Source: Nemertoderma westbladi
Lineage: Eukaryota; Animalia; Xenacoelomorpha
Assembly (NCBI GenBank): GCA_032718475.1
Contig: JAUCBJ010004830.1
Location: 1 to 64,000 of the forward strand
Reading direction: 5' to 3'
Length of the DNA stretch: 64,000 nt
Part shown: positions 45,180-58,639 of the stretch, one piece after another
Layout of the letters: the number at the start of each line of letters is the position of its first letter
Numbering within the stretch: the first letter of the stretch is position 1
Program-made: the position numbers and the translations under genes
Notes under the pieces: model-generated
What the model saw: the letters and a program-made list of their open reading frames with translations, nothing else
What the model was told of the DNA's origin: nothing
The model's database searches: none

Positions 45180-45950
45180 TACTTATCGTACAATGCAAGA
45201 GACTTCCTATATTAATTAAGGTTATTTTTTATATAGAATTATCGTACAATGCAAGAGACTTCCTATATTAATTAAGGTTATTTTTTAAATAGAATTATCG
45301 TACAATGTAAGAGACTTCCTATATTAATTAAGGTTATTTTTTATATAGAATTATCGTACAACATAAGAGACTTCCTATATTAATTAAGAATTATCGTACA
45401 ATGTAAGAGACTTCCTATATTAATTAAGGTTATATTTTATATAGAATTATCGTACAATGTAAGAGACTTCCTATATTAATTAAGAATTATCGTACAATGT
45501 AAGAGACTTCCTATATTAATTAAGAATTATCGTACAATGTAAGAGACTTCCTATATTAATTAAGGTTATTTTTTATATAGAATTATCGTACAATGCAAGA
45601 GACTTCCTATATTAATTAAGAATTATCGTACAATGTAAGAGACTTCCTATATTAATTAAGGTTATTTTTTATATAGAATTATCGTACAATGTAAGAGACT
45701 TCCTATATTAATTAAGGTTATTTTTTATTTAGAATTATCGTACAATGTAAGAGACTTCCTATATTAATTAAGGTTATTTTTTATATAGAAATATCGTATA
45801 ATGTAAGAGACTTCCTATATTAATTAAGAATTATCGTACAATGTGAGAGACTTCCTATATTAATTAAGGTTATTTTTTATATAGAATTATCGTACAATGA
45901 AAGAGACTACATAATTATTAAGTTTAATTTTATTTAGAATTATCGTGCAA
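45180..45950. repeat. Tandem array of a 40-bp unit with an optional 16-bp insert (40/56 bp)
   Basis: agaattatcgtacaatgtaagagacttcctatattaatta with or without aggttattttttatat; about 14 units. Confidence 0.95.
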
Positions 45951-46304
45951 CCATATAGATAATTCTACAAAATACACTAATATCCACCGTTTATTACAAA
46001 TGTCTTGTTACATCGTAAATTTATATATTGATAAGTTCTCCTTATTGGCTTGATAAGGGTCTACGCTAAACTAAATACATATATTTTTAAGTTTTCCCCA
46101 AGCTGGCAAACGTCAGTATGTACACTGGTCTGTATTCAATTCTTTTGTGCTCCATTGATAGCCGCTGTAGTTTTAATTACTCACTCTAAGTAAGAACACA
46201 ACCTCAACCCCACCCCCCCCCCCCCCCACCCCTTTTTTAACCTACCCTCCTAATATTCTACACTCATTCTCTAGCACTCTCCCTACACTAACCCTTCTAA
46301 TACT

Positions 46305-46625
46305 ATGAATGACAGTAACTGCGATCTTTGTTTCTCAAAATTCATAATATCTGACCTAAAACTAAAATGCGAATTTGCGATTTAACTTACCACTTTCAAT
46401 GTGGATCCTGTCTTACTCAGCAGGAGGCAAATCAATTTATAAATACATCCCATCCAAATAACATATGGTGCATTTATTGCTACATAAAATTATTTCCATT
46501 TGCAAGCTTCAGTGATGACGATGATGATATCTTTGACTGTGAGTCTGCTAATCATAATATTGACTTTGACAATGATTTAACTAATCCCGCATTTAATGAT
46601 ATCGATCCAGACATTCATTTAATTA
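46305..46625 (+). pseudogene. PHD finger at the LINE ORF2 N-terminus
   Basis: CDLC..(frameshift)..ICDLTYHFQC..WCIYC..LFPF..DIDPD. Confidence 0.7.
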
Positions 46626-46706
46626 ATATATATATATATATTAATACGTATATATCTCTAGAATCTAAACCTTTTGAGAACCCGGGCGCACCCGGGCACG
46701 TTGTCT

Positions 46707-48195
46707 CGCTCACTCATTGTGGGCCTTCATTAAATCTACCCGGGCGCGGGGTCACGCTCACTCCCTGTGGGCCTTTATTAAATCTACCCGGGCGCGGGGT
46801 CACGCTCACTCTTAGTGGGCCTTTATTAAATCTACCCAGGCACGGGGTCACGCTCACTCTTAGTGGGCCTTTATTAAATCTACCCGGGCGCGGGGTCAAG
46901 CTTACTCTTAGTGGGCCTTTATTAAATCTACCCGGGCGCGGGGTCACGCTCACTCTTAGTGGGCCATTATTAAAACTACCCGGGCGCGGGGTCATGCTCA
47001 CTCTTAGTGGGCCTTTATTAAATCTACCCTGGCACGGGGTCACGCTCACTCTTAGTGGGCCTTTATTAAATCTACCCGGGCGCGGGGTCATGCACACTCT
47101 TAGTGGGCCTTTATTAAATCTACCCGGGCGCGGGGTCAACTCACTCTTAGTGGGCCTTTATTAAAACTACCCGGGCGCGGGGTCATGCTCACTCTTAGTG
47201 GGCCTTTATTAAATCTACCCGGGCGCGGGGTCACGCTCACTCTCAGTGGGCCTTTATTAAATTTACCCGGGCGCGGGGTCACGCTCACTCTTAGTGGGCC
47301 TTTATTAAATCTACCCGGGCGCGGGGTCACGCTCACTCTTAGTGGGCCTTTATTAAATCTAACCAGGCGCGGGGTCACGCACACTCTCTGTGGGCCTTTA
47401 TTAAATCTACCCGGGCGCGGGGTCATGCTCACTCTTAGTGGGCCTTTATTAAATCTACCCGGGCGCGGGGTCACGCTCACTCTCAGTGGGCCTTTATTAA
47501 ATTTACCTGGGCGCGGGGTCACGCTTACTCTTAGTGGGCCTTTATTAAATCTACCCGGGCGCGGGGTCACGCTCACTCTTAGTGGGCCTTTATTAAATCT
47601 ACCCGGGCGCGGGGTCACGCACACTCTCTGTGGGCCTTTATTAAATCTACCCGGGCGCGGGGTCACGCTCACTCTTAGTGGGCCTTTATTAAATCTACCC
47701 AGGCGCGGGGTCACGCTCACTCTCGGTGGGCCTTTATTAAATTTACCCGGGCGCGGGGTCACGCTCACTCTTAGTGGGCCTTTATTAAATCTACCCGGGC
47801 GCGGGGTCACGCTCACTCTTAGTGGGCCTTTATTAAATCTACCCGGGCGCGGGGTCACGCTCACTCTCAGTGGGCCTTTATTAAATCTACCCGGGCGCGG
47901 GGTCATGCTCACTCTTAGTGGGCCTTTATTAAATCTACCCGGGCGCGGGGTCACGCTCACTCTCAGTGGGCCTTTATTAAATTTACCTGGGCGCGGGGTC
48001 ACGCTCACTCTTAGTGGGCCTTTATTAAATCTACCCGGGCACGGGGTCACGCTCACTCTTAGTGGGCCTTTATTAAATCTACCCGGGCGCGGGCTCACAC
48101 TCACTCTTAGTGGGCCTTTATTAAATCTACCTGGGCGCGGGGTCACGCTCACTCTTAGTGGGCCTTTATTAAAACTACCCCTGGTGCGGGGTCAC
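46707..48195. repeat. 48-bp satellite, ~31 copies
   Basis: Unit gggcctttattaaatctacccgggcgcggggtcacgctcactcttagt. Confidence 0.97.
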
Positions 48196-49296
48196 AATTC
48201 GAAGCAGTCATCATCAACATCACTGACTAGTCAAATGTCTAGTAAGGTATTATCCCTATTACATATTATATAACGTGTGTGGTTTTGGTTAATGTTATTA
48301 TGCGTTATAAGGGTGAGATGGTAGGTTGGTTGATTGGTTCTCATCGTTATAACTACAGATAAAACTAATAATTTTTTGTTAATTGTTTTTGTTTTGTTTT
48401 TTTGTTTGTTTGTTTTTTTGTAACAACAGTACATATTTATCTAGTACCTACCTTCTGTAGTACCAGTATGGCGTCTCTGATGTGGTGGTTATATACGTTG
48501 CATTGAATTCTATAGTTTTATTTATGAATGGGAGAATCTTTTAGGCTCGTTAAGCCAAGGAATGCCTGTTCACAAACCATTCTTCCACAGTAGACCCTTC
48601 CACTCTGTTTTATTAGTAGTTTTATTAGTTATTTTATTAGTTATATTTAATAGTTTTATTTATAACATATTTATAACATATACATATACATATTTATAAC
48701 AAATAATAAATTTGCAGCACCACCCAGCGGATGATATTTATTTTCACAAGATTCCGTCTGATAGATATGTTGCCCCAGCCTTGCTCTATGTTATAAAAAA
48801 ATCTTTCATGTGATTAGATACAAAATTGTAAAAGCCTTAGGGTTTCAAATGCAACCAAGTTTTTATCATTGTTAACTAGTATAAACTAATTTTAACTAAC
48901 GAAAAATATAATTTTTCTGATCAGTCAAGTAGAATAGCTTCTCAGGTACATTATAGTCAACTGGGATTGACAAAATCGTACAGTTGTCCAAATACCGTAT
49001 GGGAAGGAGATGTCACTGATCTTTTTTGTTATTGTCGGACATGTGGCAGACGCCAAGGACGATGTTGCCCCCTTATCAGGGAAAGATGTAGTAGCAATAC
49101 GTACACATTCCACATTCCAGCCGCTGGTGTATTCCTCCAATTATAGTAATTCCACTAATTCCTGACCCCACATTGGTTACAGTTTGAGTAACTACACTTT
49201 TACTACACTTAGTAACTGAGTTTGAGTTAGACTAAATAAAAACAGTGGACAAAAAATTAATTCGCAGTACACATAAATGTAATACTAAATTTAATT

Positions 49297-49500
49297 TTAC
49301 TTTATTATTTGTGGACAATCAATGGTTATATGAGGTCGAACAGTTTGAGTGAGTGTGAGTGAGTTCGAATAGCGTTTCTTTGGGACAACTGGACTAACAC
49401 CAATATAGTTAGATGCGTCATAAACTGGCTTATTGTCATTCCAGACTACGACCACAACAGTCCCATCACTGACATACTCCATCCTGCATCGTTGTTTCTT
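49297..49500 (-). pseudogene. piggyBac-like transposase fragment
   Basis: VVWNDNKPVY.ASNY.G..P...KRYS..IDCPQIIK. Confidence 0.75.
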
Positions 49501-51052
49501 GTGTTTTATTGTCACAGCTTTTTGGAGTTGACAACCAATTTTAATAATCTTCATCATGATCATATTAAATTATTAAACTATTTTTAATTGTATACATTCT
49601 AATTGCTAATTTCTTCATTATTAATTACATTACCTTCAAGAAGTACAAATTGATGATGTTGAAGGGGTTCAACAGATATATGAATCTATGAGGATTCAAT
49701 AACTTTCTCCCCCTCTTCAGCTACACATACAAGTAGACCATATACTATGTCCACCTCCATTGCAGAAGTTATTTTTTATAGACTAGAAATAGAAAAATAG
49801 ATCAATTTTTTGTAAAACTAAAAAATTAAAAAAATTCATCAATTGAGTAAATCCAAATTTGTAACAAATAATGGTAGCATGGTTAAATATTCCACAGCAA
49901 AACAAAAGTTGTAACACATAATGGGTAGCGTGGTTAAATGTTCCACCACCGTACCACGCTCCCTCCCGTTTCACACACCTGTTTGATTAACTCCCTGGCC
50001 TGCCAGCCCTTTCATGCTTTTCTCATACCATACTTTCTCATATCACATTTGTTGCGTTTTGGGGTGCGTGTCTCTGGTTGTGGTATATGTTGACACTATT
50101 GCAGCGCAAAACAATAATTGTCCCAAATGAGGGGCCACCTCCTTGATGTTCCACATCACCATCCATGTGCATCCATGTCCAACCACAAAATGTATTTCCC
50201 GACTGGGCCAGTCACTTTTGTCGCTTTACTTTTTCCTTGACTGTCCACTTTTCAGACAAACTCTACTCTCTCCCCTCGCCCCAATAATTGATATATTAAT
50301 GACTGTATTGTGAACAAATATATCTCCACCACCTTGCCTTGGTCTGGTGTAATACTCTCTGACATTTGGAAATATTTACTATAGTTACTAGGCAACTACT
50401 GTACTGTATGTTGTGTAGCAGTGTAGGCGATTCCTTATATTATATTAATTGTTTTTTACTGTATTATACAAAGTTCATGCGCTTATACATAAACTGAGCC
50501 ACAGTTCGTTGAAAATTCTTAAAAATAATACAAAGATGAAACTGATATTCTGAGAGTCAGAATTTATACTTTCGCCTTTAATCTTTTCTACTACAGTAGC
50601 TTATTATGTTGTGACCAAAACCGAAGCAAAGTTATAATATTCTTAACAATTAGGAAAATAATATTTACTAAAATAAATTGTCATGACTTCAATATAATTG
50701 TAATTATTTATTTAACAGCAACAAATTATTCTCGTTTTTTGTTTACCAGAGGGAATATAATTTGCCATACACGAAACGTACAGAACAGAAATGCCATGTA
50801 ATGAATATTTTATATATTACAATATAAGTATGTAGGTATATCAGTACATCGAGAGTATTAAAGGAAAAGTAATATCTTATATAGTTTTTCTGTAAGGTAA
50901 TATATATATCAACATTGGAAGGCGTTTAGGATGGTAAAAATACTATTAAATGTCCGTGTACAAACTCTTATAGAACTCTGTTTAGTCGAATTGGGGGTTC
51001 CACCATTAAGGTAATGGTAATTCTAAAGCCTAGGAAAAAATTTATTACATAA

Positions 51053-51325
51053 ATGCTTAAGAACATAGATAAGGATATTCCTTCCCACCCTCCTGGTTAT
51101 AAGTTACTTAATTATTCATTAGACTTTGATATTACAGACCCACTAGGTACTGTAAGACAGCGTATAATTAACAAACCGATGTCCGATACAAAATTTGTTA
51201 CGTACAGGAGTATAGTAAAGTCATCTCTTTTACCACATCTTATTTACAAGGCAGAAAACTGTTATATACCGGACTATAGACGTATTGCTTTTACACGTAT
51301 CAGGTTAAGCTCACATAGTTTAAGA
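51053..51325 (+). pseudogene. LINE ORF2 C-terminal fragment
   Basis: KFVTY..I..Y..RIAFTRIRLSSHSL. Confidence 0.6.
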
Positions 51326-51848
51326 GACAAGATCGCTAGAGTAGAACCCCGCAGGATATGCGAGTCTGTCATGTGCGACAGTCTGTCATGCTGTCAGCTG
51401 TACAGGACGACCATCATGTTCTACTTCACTGTCCCATTTCCCCATAAGTGGGACCATTCTCTAAAAATGTAGTTTACAGTATGTTTGCTGCTTCCCTATC
51501 GAACTCATATGGGGGAAATGCGATGATAGTTTGGTGCCACAGATGCCCGTAGGTGGGTATATCATCTCTGCCTGGCACAAGGGTTAATTATCTGCCACTT
51601 CTCCACCAATTCGACCATCTTTCTTCTGTGAGAATTGTCGACTTTAATAAATTGTTTAGTCTTTTGTGTCGGGTGCATGGATTTGCACAGAATCCTCAAT
51701 TCTTCTGCCACAGAAACTAGACCATAGAATTCCTCCCACTTCTCCATATTCCTAGCTACACCATGGGGGTGCAAATTGATAGATTCCTTCCAATACGTAA
51801 TCGCCCCCTCTCTCTGTACTCATGGAATGATTCTTGCGTCATCCAGCA

Positions 51849-52163
51849 GAGTTCCAACATCACTATAACGCCCACTGAGTACCACACCAAACACAATTAT
51901 AGAGTTTCAACATCACCATAACACCCACTGTGTACCACACAAAACACAATTATAGAGTTCCAACATCACTATAACGCCCACTGAGAACCACACAAAACAC
52001 AATTATAGAGTTCCAACATCACTACAACACCCACTGAGTATCACACCAAACACAATTATTGAGTTCCAACATCTCTATAACGACCACTGAGTACCACACC
52101 AAACACAATTATAGATTTCCAACATCACTATAACACCCACTGAGTACCACACAAAACACAATT
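51849..52163. repeat. 53-bp minisatellite, ~6 copies
   Basis: Unit gagttccaacatcactataacgcccactgagtaccacaccaaacacaattata. Confidence 0.95.
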
Positions 52164-52600
52164 GGCTCATTCCATGTAAAGTGCGGGACATTCGTACGAC
52201 TTTTTGTGCATACTTTAGTACTGTACATCAAGAAAATGAACTAAAATATTATAATGCTTGTGTTTCTTAGAAAAACCAATTATCGGTTCTTTATAAAAAA
52301 GCAGTTTGGAAAACCTGCAGAAGTTTATGTCTCAGAATTATTGGTTCAAAAAATTGTAAAGTGCGGGACGCGTACGAAAGTGAAATTCCCAACTGTCAAA
52401 TTCTTTGCTGAAGTTCAGCGAATTGAGTAAAGTTAGTGGGAAAACTTGTGTTCCGTGATGTTCCTAGATATGTAGGGAAAATAAATTAGCCTTTAGTAAG
52501 CTGGTAGGTAACTTCAATGAAACAGGGGAGTAGTTTAAGTGCAGCAAAGTCATGTAAAGTGTGGGACATTTCATTGTAAAGTGCGGGACACGTGCGATTT
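52164..52600. mobile_element. Probable DNA-transposon end with four tgtaaagtgcgggac subterminal repeats
   Basis: Motif near 52175, 52355, 52553 and 52576; no partner end seen. Confidence 0.45.
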
Positions 52601-54608
52601 TATCATTTATAAACACATTAAATCGTTAATTATTACATTATTCCGAGTAAATCAGTGATAGTTATAAACTTGACAGTGAGATTGCTACATATAATTTGAA
52701 CTTAAAGATGAATGACAATGCAACTAACCCTAACCAAAATACTAAACCTAACCTACCACACTTTAGTTGGTCCTGTAAAGCCCCTTACTACTGCGTACAT
52801 GTATACATGTGACTGCCTGTCAAGTAAATGTTCAAGTATTTAAAGCATACAATTCCACTGGAGGTCCGGCCAATAGTACAGTGCAAACTGCACAGTAGTT
52901 ATGAGGCGGGTGGGGGGGGGGGGGGGGGGGATTATTTAATAGATATAATTATAATAGGCCTCCAACAAATAGGCTGTCCGGGCTTTATTACGCCATTCCA
53001 GCATTCCAATATTGCGATACGTAACGTAACACAAAGTTTAACAAAGCTTTCCCTTTCTCAAAATTGGCCCCAGCATGAAAAAATGGCGCAAAACATTGCT
53101 CTGCCACTGCCACTGGCAATGTACGAACACCCCTAAATGGAGTAAAAAAACAAATAGAGGCCAACATAATTATAGTGCCTAATACTGTAAGTAAAACAGA
53201 AGAGTAGGCACGACAATAACAAATTTGTTTGTATCATTTTATTGTAGCCTTACCCCTTACCCTAAGCCCTAGTACAGCGTGGCTCCTACTTGCTGTATTA
53301 TTACCTCCAGGCAGTTCAATATTATTTAGTAGGCTTATGTAAAATTACCATTTAAGTGCACTGTAGGCCTAATGTAATACAGATTAGATAGCCAGATTAG
53401 ACCTGGAACTGTAGTCCACCCATAAAACCGTTATAGTAGCGTACCATGTAAGCGTAAGAGACTGAATGGGAGCTTTGCAGTAGGCCTACGCACCAGCCAG
53501 AGCCAGGAAGGGGTTAATGGTAGGCCTACAATTAGAACATTACATCAGTTGATCTAACTAGGCCGTAGCCTATATACAAAATAAAATACGGTACCAGTAT
53601 GCACTTACAATACAACTGACCTACCTACCGTCGTAACCGTCGGTTTGGATTTAACTGCAGGGTAAGTACCAGACACAATATTGCACAGAACATTACATCA
53701 GTTGATCTATAACTAGGCCTGAAAATTTCAGTTTTTAGGAAAAATTTCCAAAAAAAACGTAATTTTTTTTAAAAATTTGACAATATTGGAAATTTTATTT
53801 TTAAAATGTTCTCCATGGCGAGCTGATTCCAAATATGTGGTTTTTAGAGGTCCCCAGCGTTGTCTTAATGCTCCAAGTTTCATTTAAACATTTTTTTCCC
53901 AAAAATATTTCATTTTTAGTAATTAGGGAAGCCAGACTTTTCGAACTAATCCGACCGCACTGAAAAACATTATCAGACATTCAAATACAACCTTCATACA
54001 TCATAAATATGAAAAAAAAATTGCACCTACTTGCACCACCCCTTCGCATAAGGAGCAATTCAAAAATTCCAGTTTTCAACATTTTTATATTATTATTGCA
54101 TACATTTAGTCTTATTAATGCAATAACACATCGAATTCCTATCACTACTCTGAATACTTTATTGACCATGATCACTGTTGGTTATAATGATACATCAATA
54201 CATACAACAAGTACATCACAATGCACTTACTAATGGAATTCTACTTCAGCTTAGTTGTTATTTGTGATCAGTGATTGGCTGAAAATTTAATCAGCTCTCT
54301 AAGCTGGAATATAAAACAAATGGCCATAGAAACCAGGTTAGTTGCCTCTATGTAAAACTCTGTTGCTTACCATGATTAAATAAAGATTTTAAGAGATTTC
54401 GAGAAAATTTCTCTAGAAAATCATCACGTATAGACACCAACCGTGACTTAATAAATCGTCTACTTTTTTCATCAGACCCAGTAATAGCATCATATCGCCA
54501 TATTCCCACGAATATGAAACCAAAGGCAATCACCAGTGACGCTTTGGGTCTACTCAAGCCATTCGACAAAGATAGCATTTTTTCATAAGCTGTTGGCAAA
54601 TGTAGTAA

Positions 54609-54860
54609 GCCACTTGGCTTGGGATCCAATAAGACTCCAACATTCTGGTTTTGGGCTTCCAGCATTAGGTCAAACAAAAAGCCAGTGGCACATATAGTAT
54701 GCCACTTGGCTTGGGATCCAATAAGACTTCAACATTCTGGTTTTGGGCTTCCAGCATTAGGTCAAACAAAAAGCCAGTGGCACATTTAGTATGCCACTTG
54801 GCTTGGGATCCAATAAGACTCCGACATTCTGGTTTTTCGGTTCCAGCATTAGGTCAATCA
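54609..54860. repeat. 92-bp tandem repeat, ~2.8 copies
   Basis: gccacttggcttgggatccaataagact.. at 54609, 54701 and 54793. Confidence 0.92.
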
Positions 54861-55047
54861 AAAAGTAAAACTCTGCCTCCCTGCAACACGTTGACGTCAT
54901 GGCAGAGGTTAATACTGAACATTTACTTTAGTTTACTAAGGTTGCAGGAAATTGTGCCACTTATGGAACATCTCAAAATTAATAATAATTATAAATAAAT
55001 AATATATAAAAATAAATAATAATAGTAACAATAACAAATAATAACAG

Positions 55048-55440
55048 CTTTGAAAACCTATAAATAACGAAAATAGCCCATTTCTATGAAGCTTTATGGA
55101 GATTTTGATATTTTGTGCCATGCTAAACACATGTGCCACATGCTAAAAGTGGCATCTATGTGCCACTAGAGAATTCTAAACCGTTTGTAATCGAATCAGC
55201 ACCTTTGAAAACCTATAAATACCGAAAGTGGAAATTTTCTATGAAGCTTTAGAGATTTTAATATTTTGTGCCATGCTAAACACATGTGCCTCATGCTAAA
55301 AAGTGGCACCTATGTGCCACTAGAGAATTTGAAAACATTTGTAATCGAATCAGCACCTTTGGAAACCTATAAATACCGAAAATGGAACATTTCTATGAAG
55401 CTTTGTTTTGATATTTTGTGCCATGCTAAACACATGTGCA
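55048..55440. repeat. ~155-bp tandem repeat, ~2.5 copies
   Basis: ctttg(a/g)aaacctataaata..ttctatgaagcttt..gtgccatgctaaacacatgtgc repeated. Confidence 0.88.
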
Positions 55441-55444
55441 TCTA

Positions 55445-56797
55445 AACACATCTATTATCGGCTCAACGACCAGTTCTCTATAAACCCCTTAGAAAATGGA
55501 GTCCATTAATCCATAAGGGTTTGATTTGTCATAGATCGAGAATCCAGACTGTCGACATAAACTCACAGTTTAGGTTCCCAGTGATAATCCCTAGTCACCC
55601 AATAGAATTGCAAAGAGCGATTTTATGGGATATACACAAGAGGTTGCATCACGCGGGAAAGTTACACTGTTTGTCGGCAGCGAGACAGTGATTCATTCTA
55701 TTGCAGCCAAGCAGGGCAGTAGGCACTATGTATGACGCCTGTCTGGTTTGCAAGAGGGTGAACGCCAGAGTATTGGAACAGGAGATGGCTGAACTCCCGG
55801 AAGCGAGAGTGCAGGCATATGACCCACCCTTTACGAATACAGGGGTGGATTGTTTTGGTCCGATTGAGGCAAAGAGTGGACGGCTGACCCACAAGCGATG
55901 GGGCCTGCTACTGACATGCATGGCTAGTAGAGCCATACATATTGAGCGTGTGGCAGACATGTCGACCAAATCTCTGCTCCTGGCCTTAAAGAGATTTATG
56001 GCCAGGAGAGGACTAGTAAAGGCGTTCTACTCCGATAAGGGTACAAACTTTGTCGGAGGGAATAGCGAGTTGAACGCGGCTCACAAAGCAGCACAGAATA
56101 AAGAAATTTCTGCAGCACTTTTGCCGCAAAGAGTAGAATGGAGATTCAATACTCCAGAAAGTCCTTGGAGAGGAGGAAGTTGGGAGCGTTTAGTTCGCTC
56201 TGTAAAGCAGGCCATTGCCAAAACGTTGCCTGTAAACAAACAACTTACCGATGACGAACTGGTCACAGCTTTCATCGAAATCGAGCATACATTAAACTCG
56301 AGGCCGATAGCTATGTTGCCAGACGGTGTTGCATTAACGCCGAATCATTTGCTAATGCAGAGTCCAGCATTTCTTGTGCCGGCATCAGAACCCATTAGTG
56401 CCGACCTATATAGTCGTAAGAGCTGGAAAGTGACACAATTAATTGCGTACACATTCTGGGAATATTGGCGGGAATACTATCTTCCCACCATATCTACCAG
56501 ATCAAAGTGGTACAAAACGGTTCGGAGTCTCCAAAGGGGAGATTACGTATTGATAACCGAGCCGTTGTCAAGAGAAAATATTGGGAAACCGGTGTCATCT
56601 TGCACATACACCCAGACGTGCAAAACATAGTGCACACAGTCACTGTGAAAATTAGGTGCAAGTGTCCGCACCCAAAGAAGTGTAAAACTAATGGTTTACA
56701 CACCTTGGACCGACCGGTCCAAGATATTGTGTTATTAGAGGAGACACGCATCGAGACAGGAGATTATAATTTGTCTCCTGCCTCAATCAAAAATTAG
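55445..56797 (+). mobile_element. Second BEL/Pao element: integrase fragment
   Basis: H..LHHAG..CLVC, PFTNTGVDCFGP, SDKGTNF, WERLV, LNSRP, LTPNHL, FW..W..YLP; frameshift near 56560. Confidence 0.92.
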
Positions 56798-58355
56798 TGT
56801 TGGACGCAACTCACTTCGTATGCATTCCAACACAAACGCAAAATCGCAAATCGCAACGCAAAATCCAAGTATATGTCCATGTAATTTTAGATGTAATTTT
56901 AAACCATCAGGAATAATTGAAAACCATCCCACTAATAAAAAACGGTTCGTAGTAAATATACAAGAACCTCCCTCAGTCAGTCCTCAGGAATGTCAGTATT
57001 CGATTTAACAACATTTCAATTCAATTCAACAATTCAATTTACTCTATTTCTATTTACAATACTCTATTTACTATTTACTCTATTTCTATTTACAAAACTC
57101 AATTTACTAAGTTCGGAATCTTTGAAAGTTTTCAGCTTGGCTGCTGGTGGCATTTCTTCCGTGGCTTTCTTCCGAACAATATATGCATGCTACTTATTAG
57201 ACTTTGCTTCTGTATTTGAGATATGCAGTGCATACATACGGTACGTGCAGACCTCACAGGGACAAGGCTTTATAAATATTTGGGTTTTTATACATCACAT
57301 CTGCGTTTTATCGCTCCTGGCTTACGAAGTCAGTTCGTCTTAGCACCTCCCCTTTGGGAGGCCATATTCCTTCAATAAGTGCTGTCGCTTACTGCAACTT
57401 AGGTTTTACCCTTCCTGGGTAATGATGCCAGTCCCAGATTATGTGTTCAGTGGGTCTATCTGGGGTCCGATTTCCCAGTTGGTTTGGTGGCCATTGTGAT
57501 GCTGGGAGTAGAGGCACTCGTAGAGAAGTTGCATGCTCCTCATACCTTGCCTCTGTCACAAGCAGTAGCTTGTTATACCTTGTTGCTACGAGCAACTAGA
57601 CGTGTCGAGATAGGATGGATAGCGAACCATTGATAGTGGAAGTGGCGGAAGTACCGGTATTTCATATGTTTGAATCTTTTCAATGTGTATTACCAAAGTA
57701 TCAACAGTTGCTGAAGTTTGAGAACCCGGAACTTCAGAACTAACTGTACCACTATTAGAGGTAGCCATATCCAGATATCTCACTATTATTGCTGTACTAT
57801 ATTCTGGTTTTAATACAGATCTATATATCTATGATACACTGCAGGCGTCATGTAGACAGGTAGGCTAGGTACTGGTCTGCCGGTAGTATATCAGTAGCCA
57901 GTACCAGAGTACTGGTACCGCTAGCCGTACCAAGAACAAGAAGAAGTAAGAAGAAAGTGTAGGTCTACACTACACTACAATGAACTGAGGTACCGGCTGT
58001 CCGGCAGTCCGGATCGATAGGCCTACAGCATACCGCATACAGCAGTACTGGCTGACTGGTACGGTACAGCGGTAAGACGCCCCACAACGCCTCAGGCTGA
58101 CAGGCCTCAGACAGTTGGCCTAATCAATACATTATCAGACAATTCTGCACTGGTGAAAACAAGTTCCAAAACCCATAAGAAAAATTTCCTCTTGATTCTG
58201 CGTCTGGATTCTGACTAAGGTTTCGCAGAGTTTCCAAGGAGATGCCATACTTTTGCAATGGAATGGTTTCCAATTGTTCGGATTTATTTGACCATGTGGA
58301 TAATAGTGTTTTTTCAGCCGCAGGTAGAATATCACTCCCTTGTGACATTAAACGT

Positions 58356-58628
58356 TCAATAGCATCAGTAAGACACAATATAGACTAGAAAGGCCAGGCT
58401 GTAGCAGACAGAGGAAGCTCTTGAAAACTAATTCAGTTTATTTTAATTAATTTTTAACAAAAAATATCAACTGGTGATAATTAATCATTACTCAATAGCA
58501 TCAGTAAGACACAATATAGACTAGAAAGGCCAGGCTGTAGCAGACAGGGGAAGCTCTTGAAAACTAATTCAGTTTATTTTAATTAATTTTTAACAAAAAA
58601 TATCAACTGGTGATAATTAATCATTACT
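58356..58628. repeat. 136-bp near-perfect direct duplication
   Basis: tcaatagcatcagtaagacac... at 58356 and 58492. Confidence 0.92.
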
Positions 58629-58639
58629 ATCAGTTTTTT

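Larger units (their letters stand above)
44057..46625 (+). mobile_element. CR1/L2-type LINE 5' half: 5' UTR, ORF1, inter-ORF tandem array, PHD-finger start of ORF2
   Basis: See the component features; truncated at the 48-bp satellite. Confidence 0.75.

Noticed and set aside
46367-48273. Long ORFs on both strands (265-362 aa)
   Set aside because: Artefact of a 48-bp (multiple of 3) satellite lacking stops in those frames.
56990-57343. Hydrophobic 117-aa ORF as a membrane/env protein
   Set aside because: Hydrophobicity derives from a T-rich tctattta low-complexity tract.
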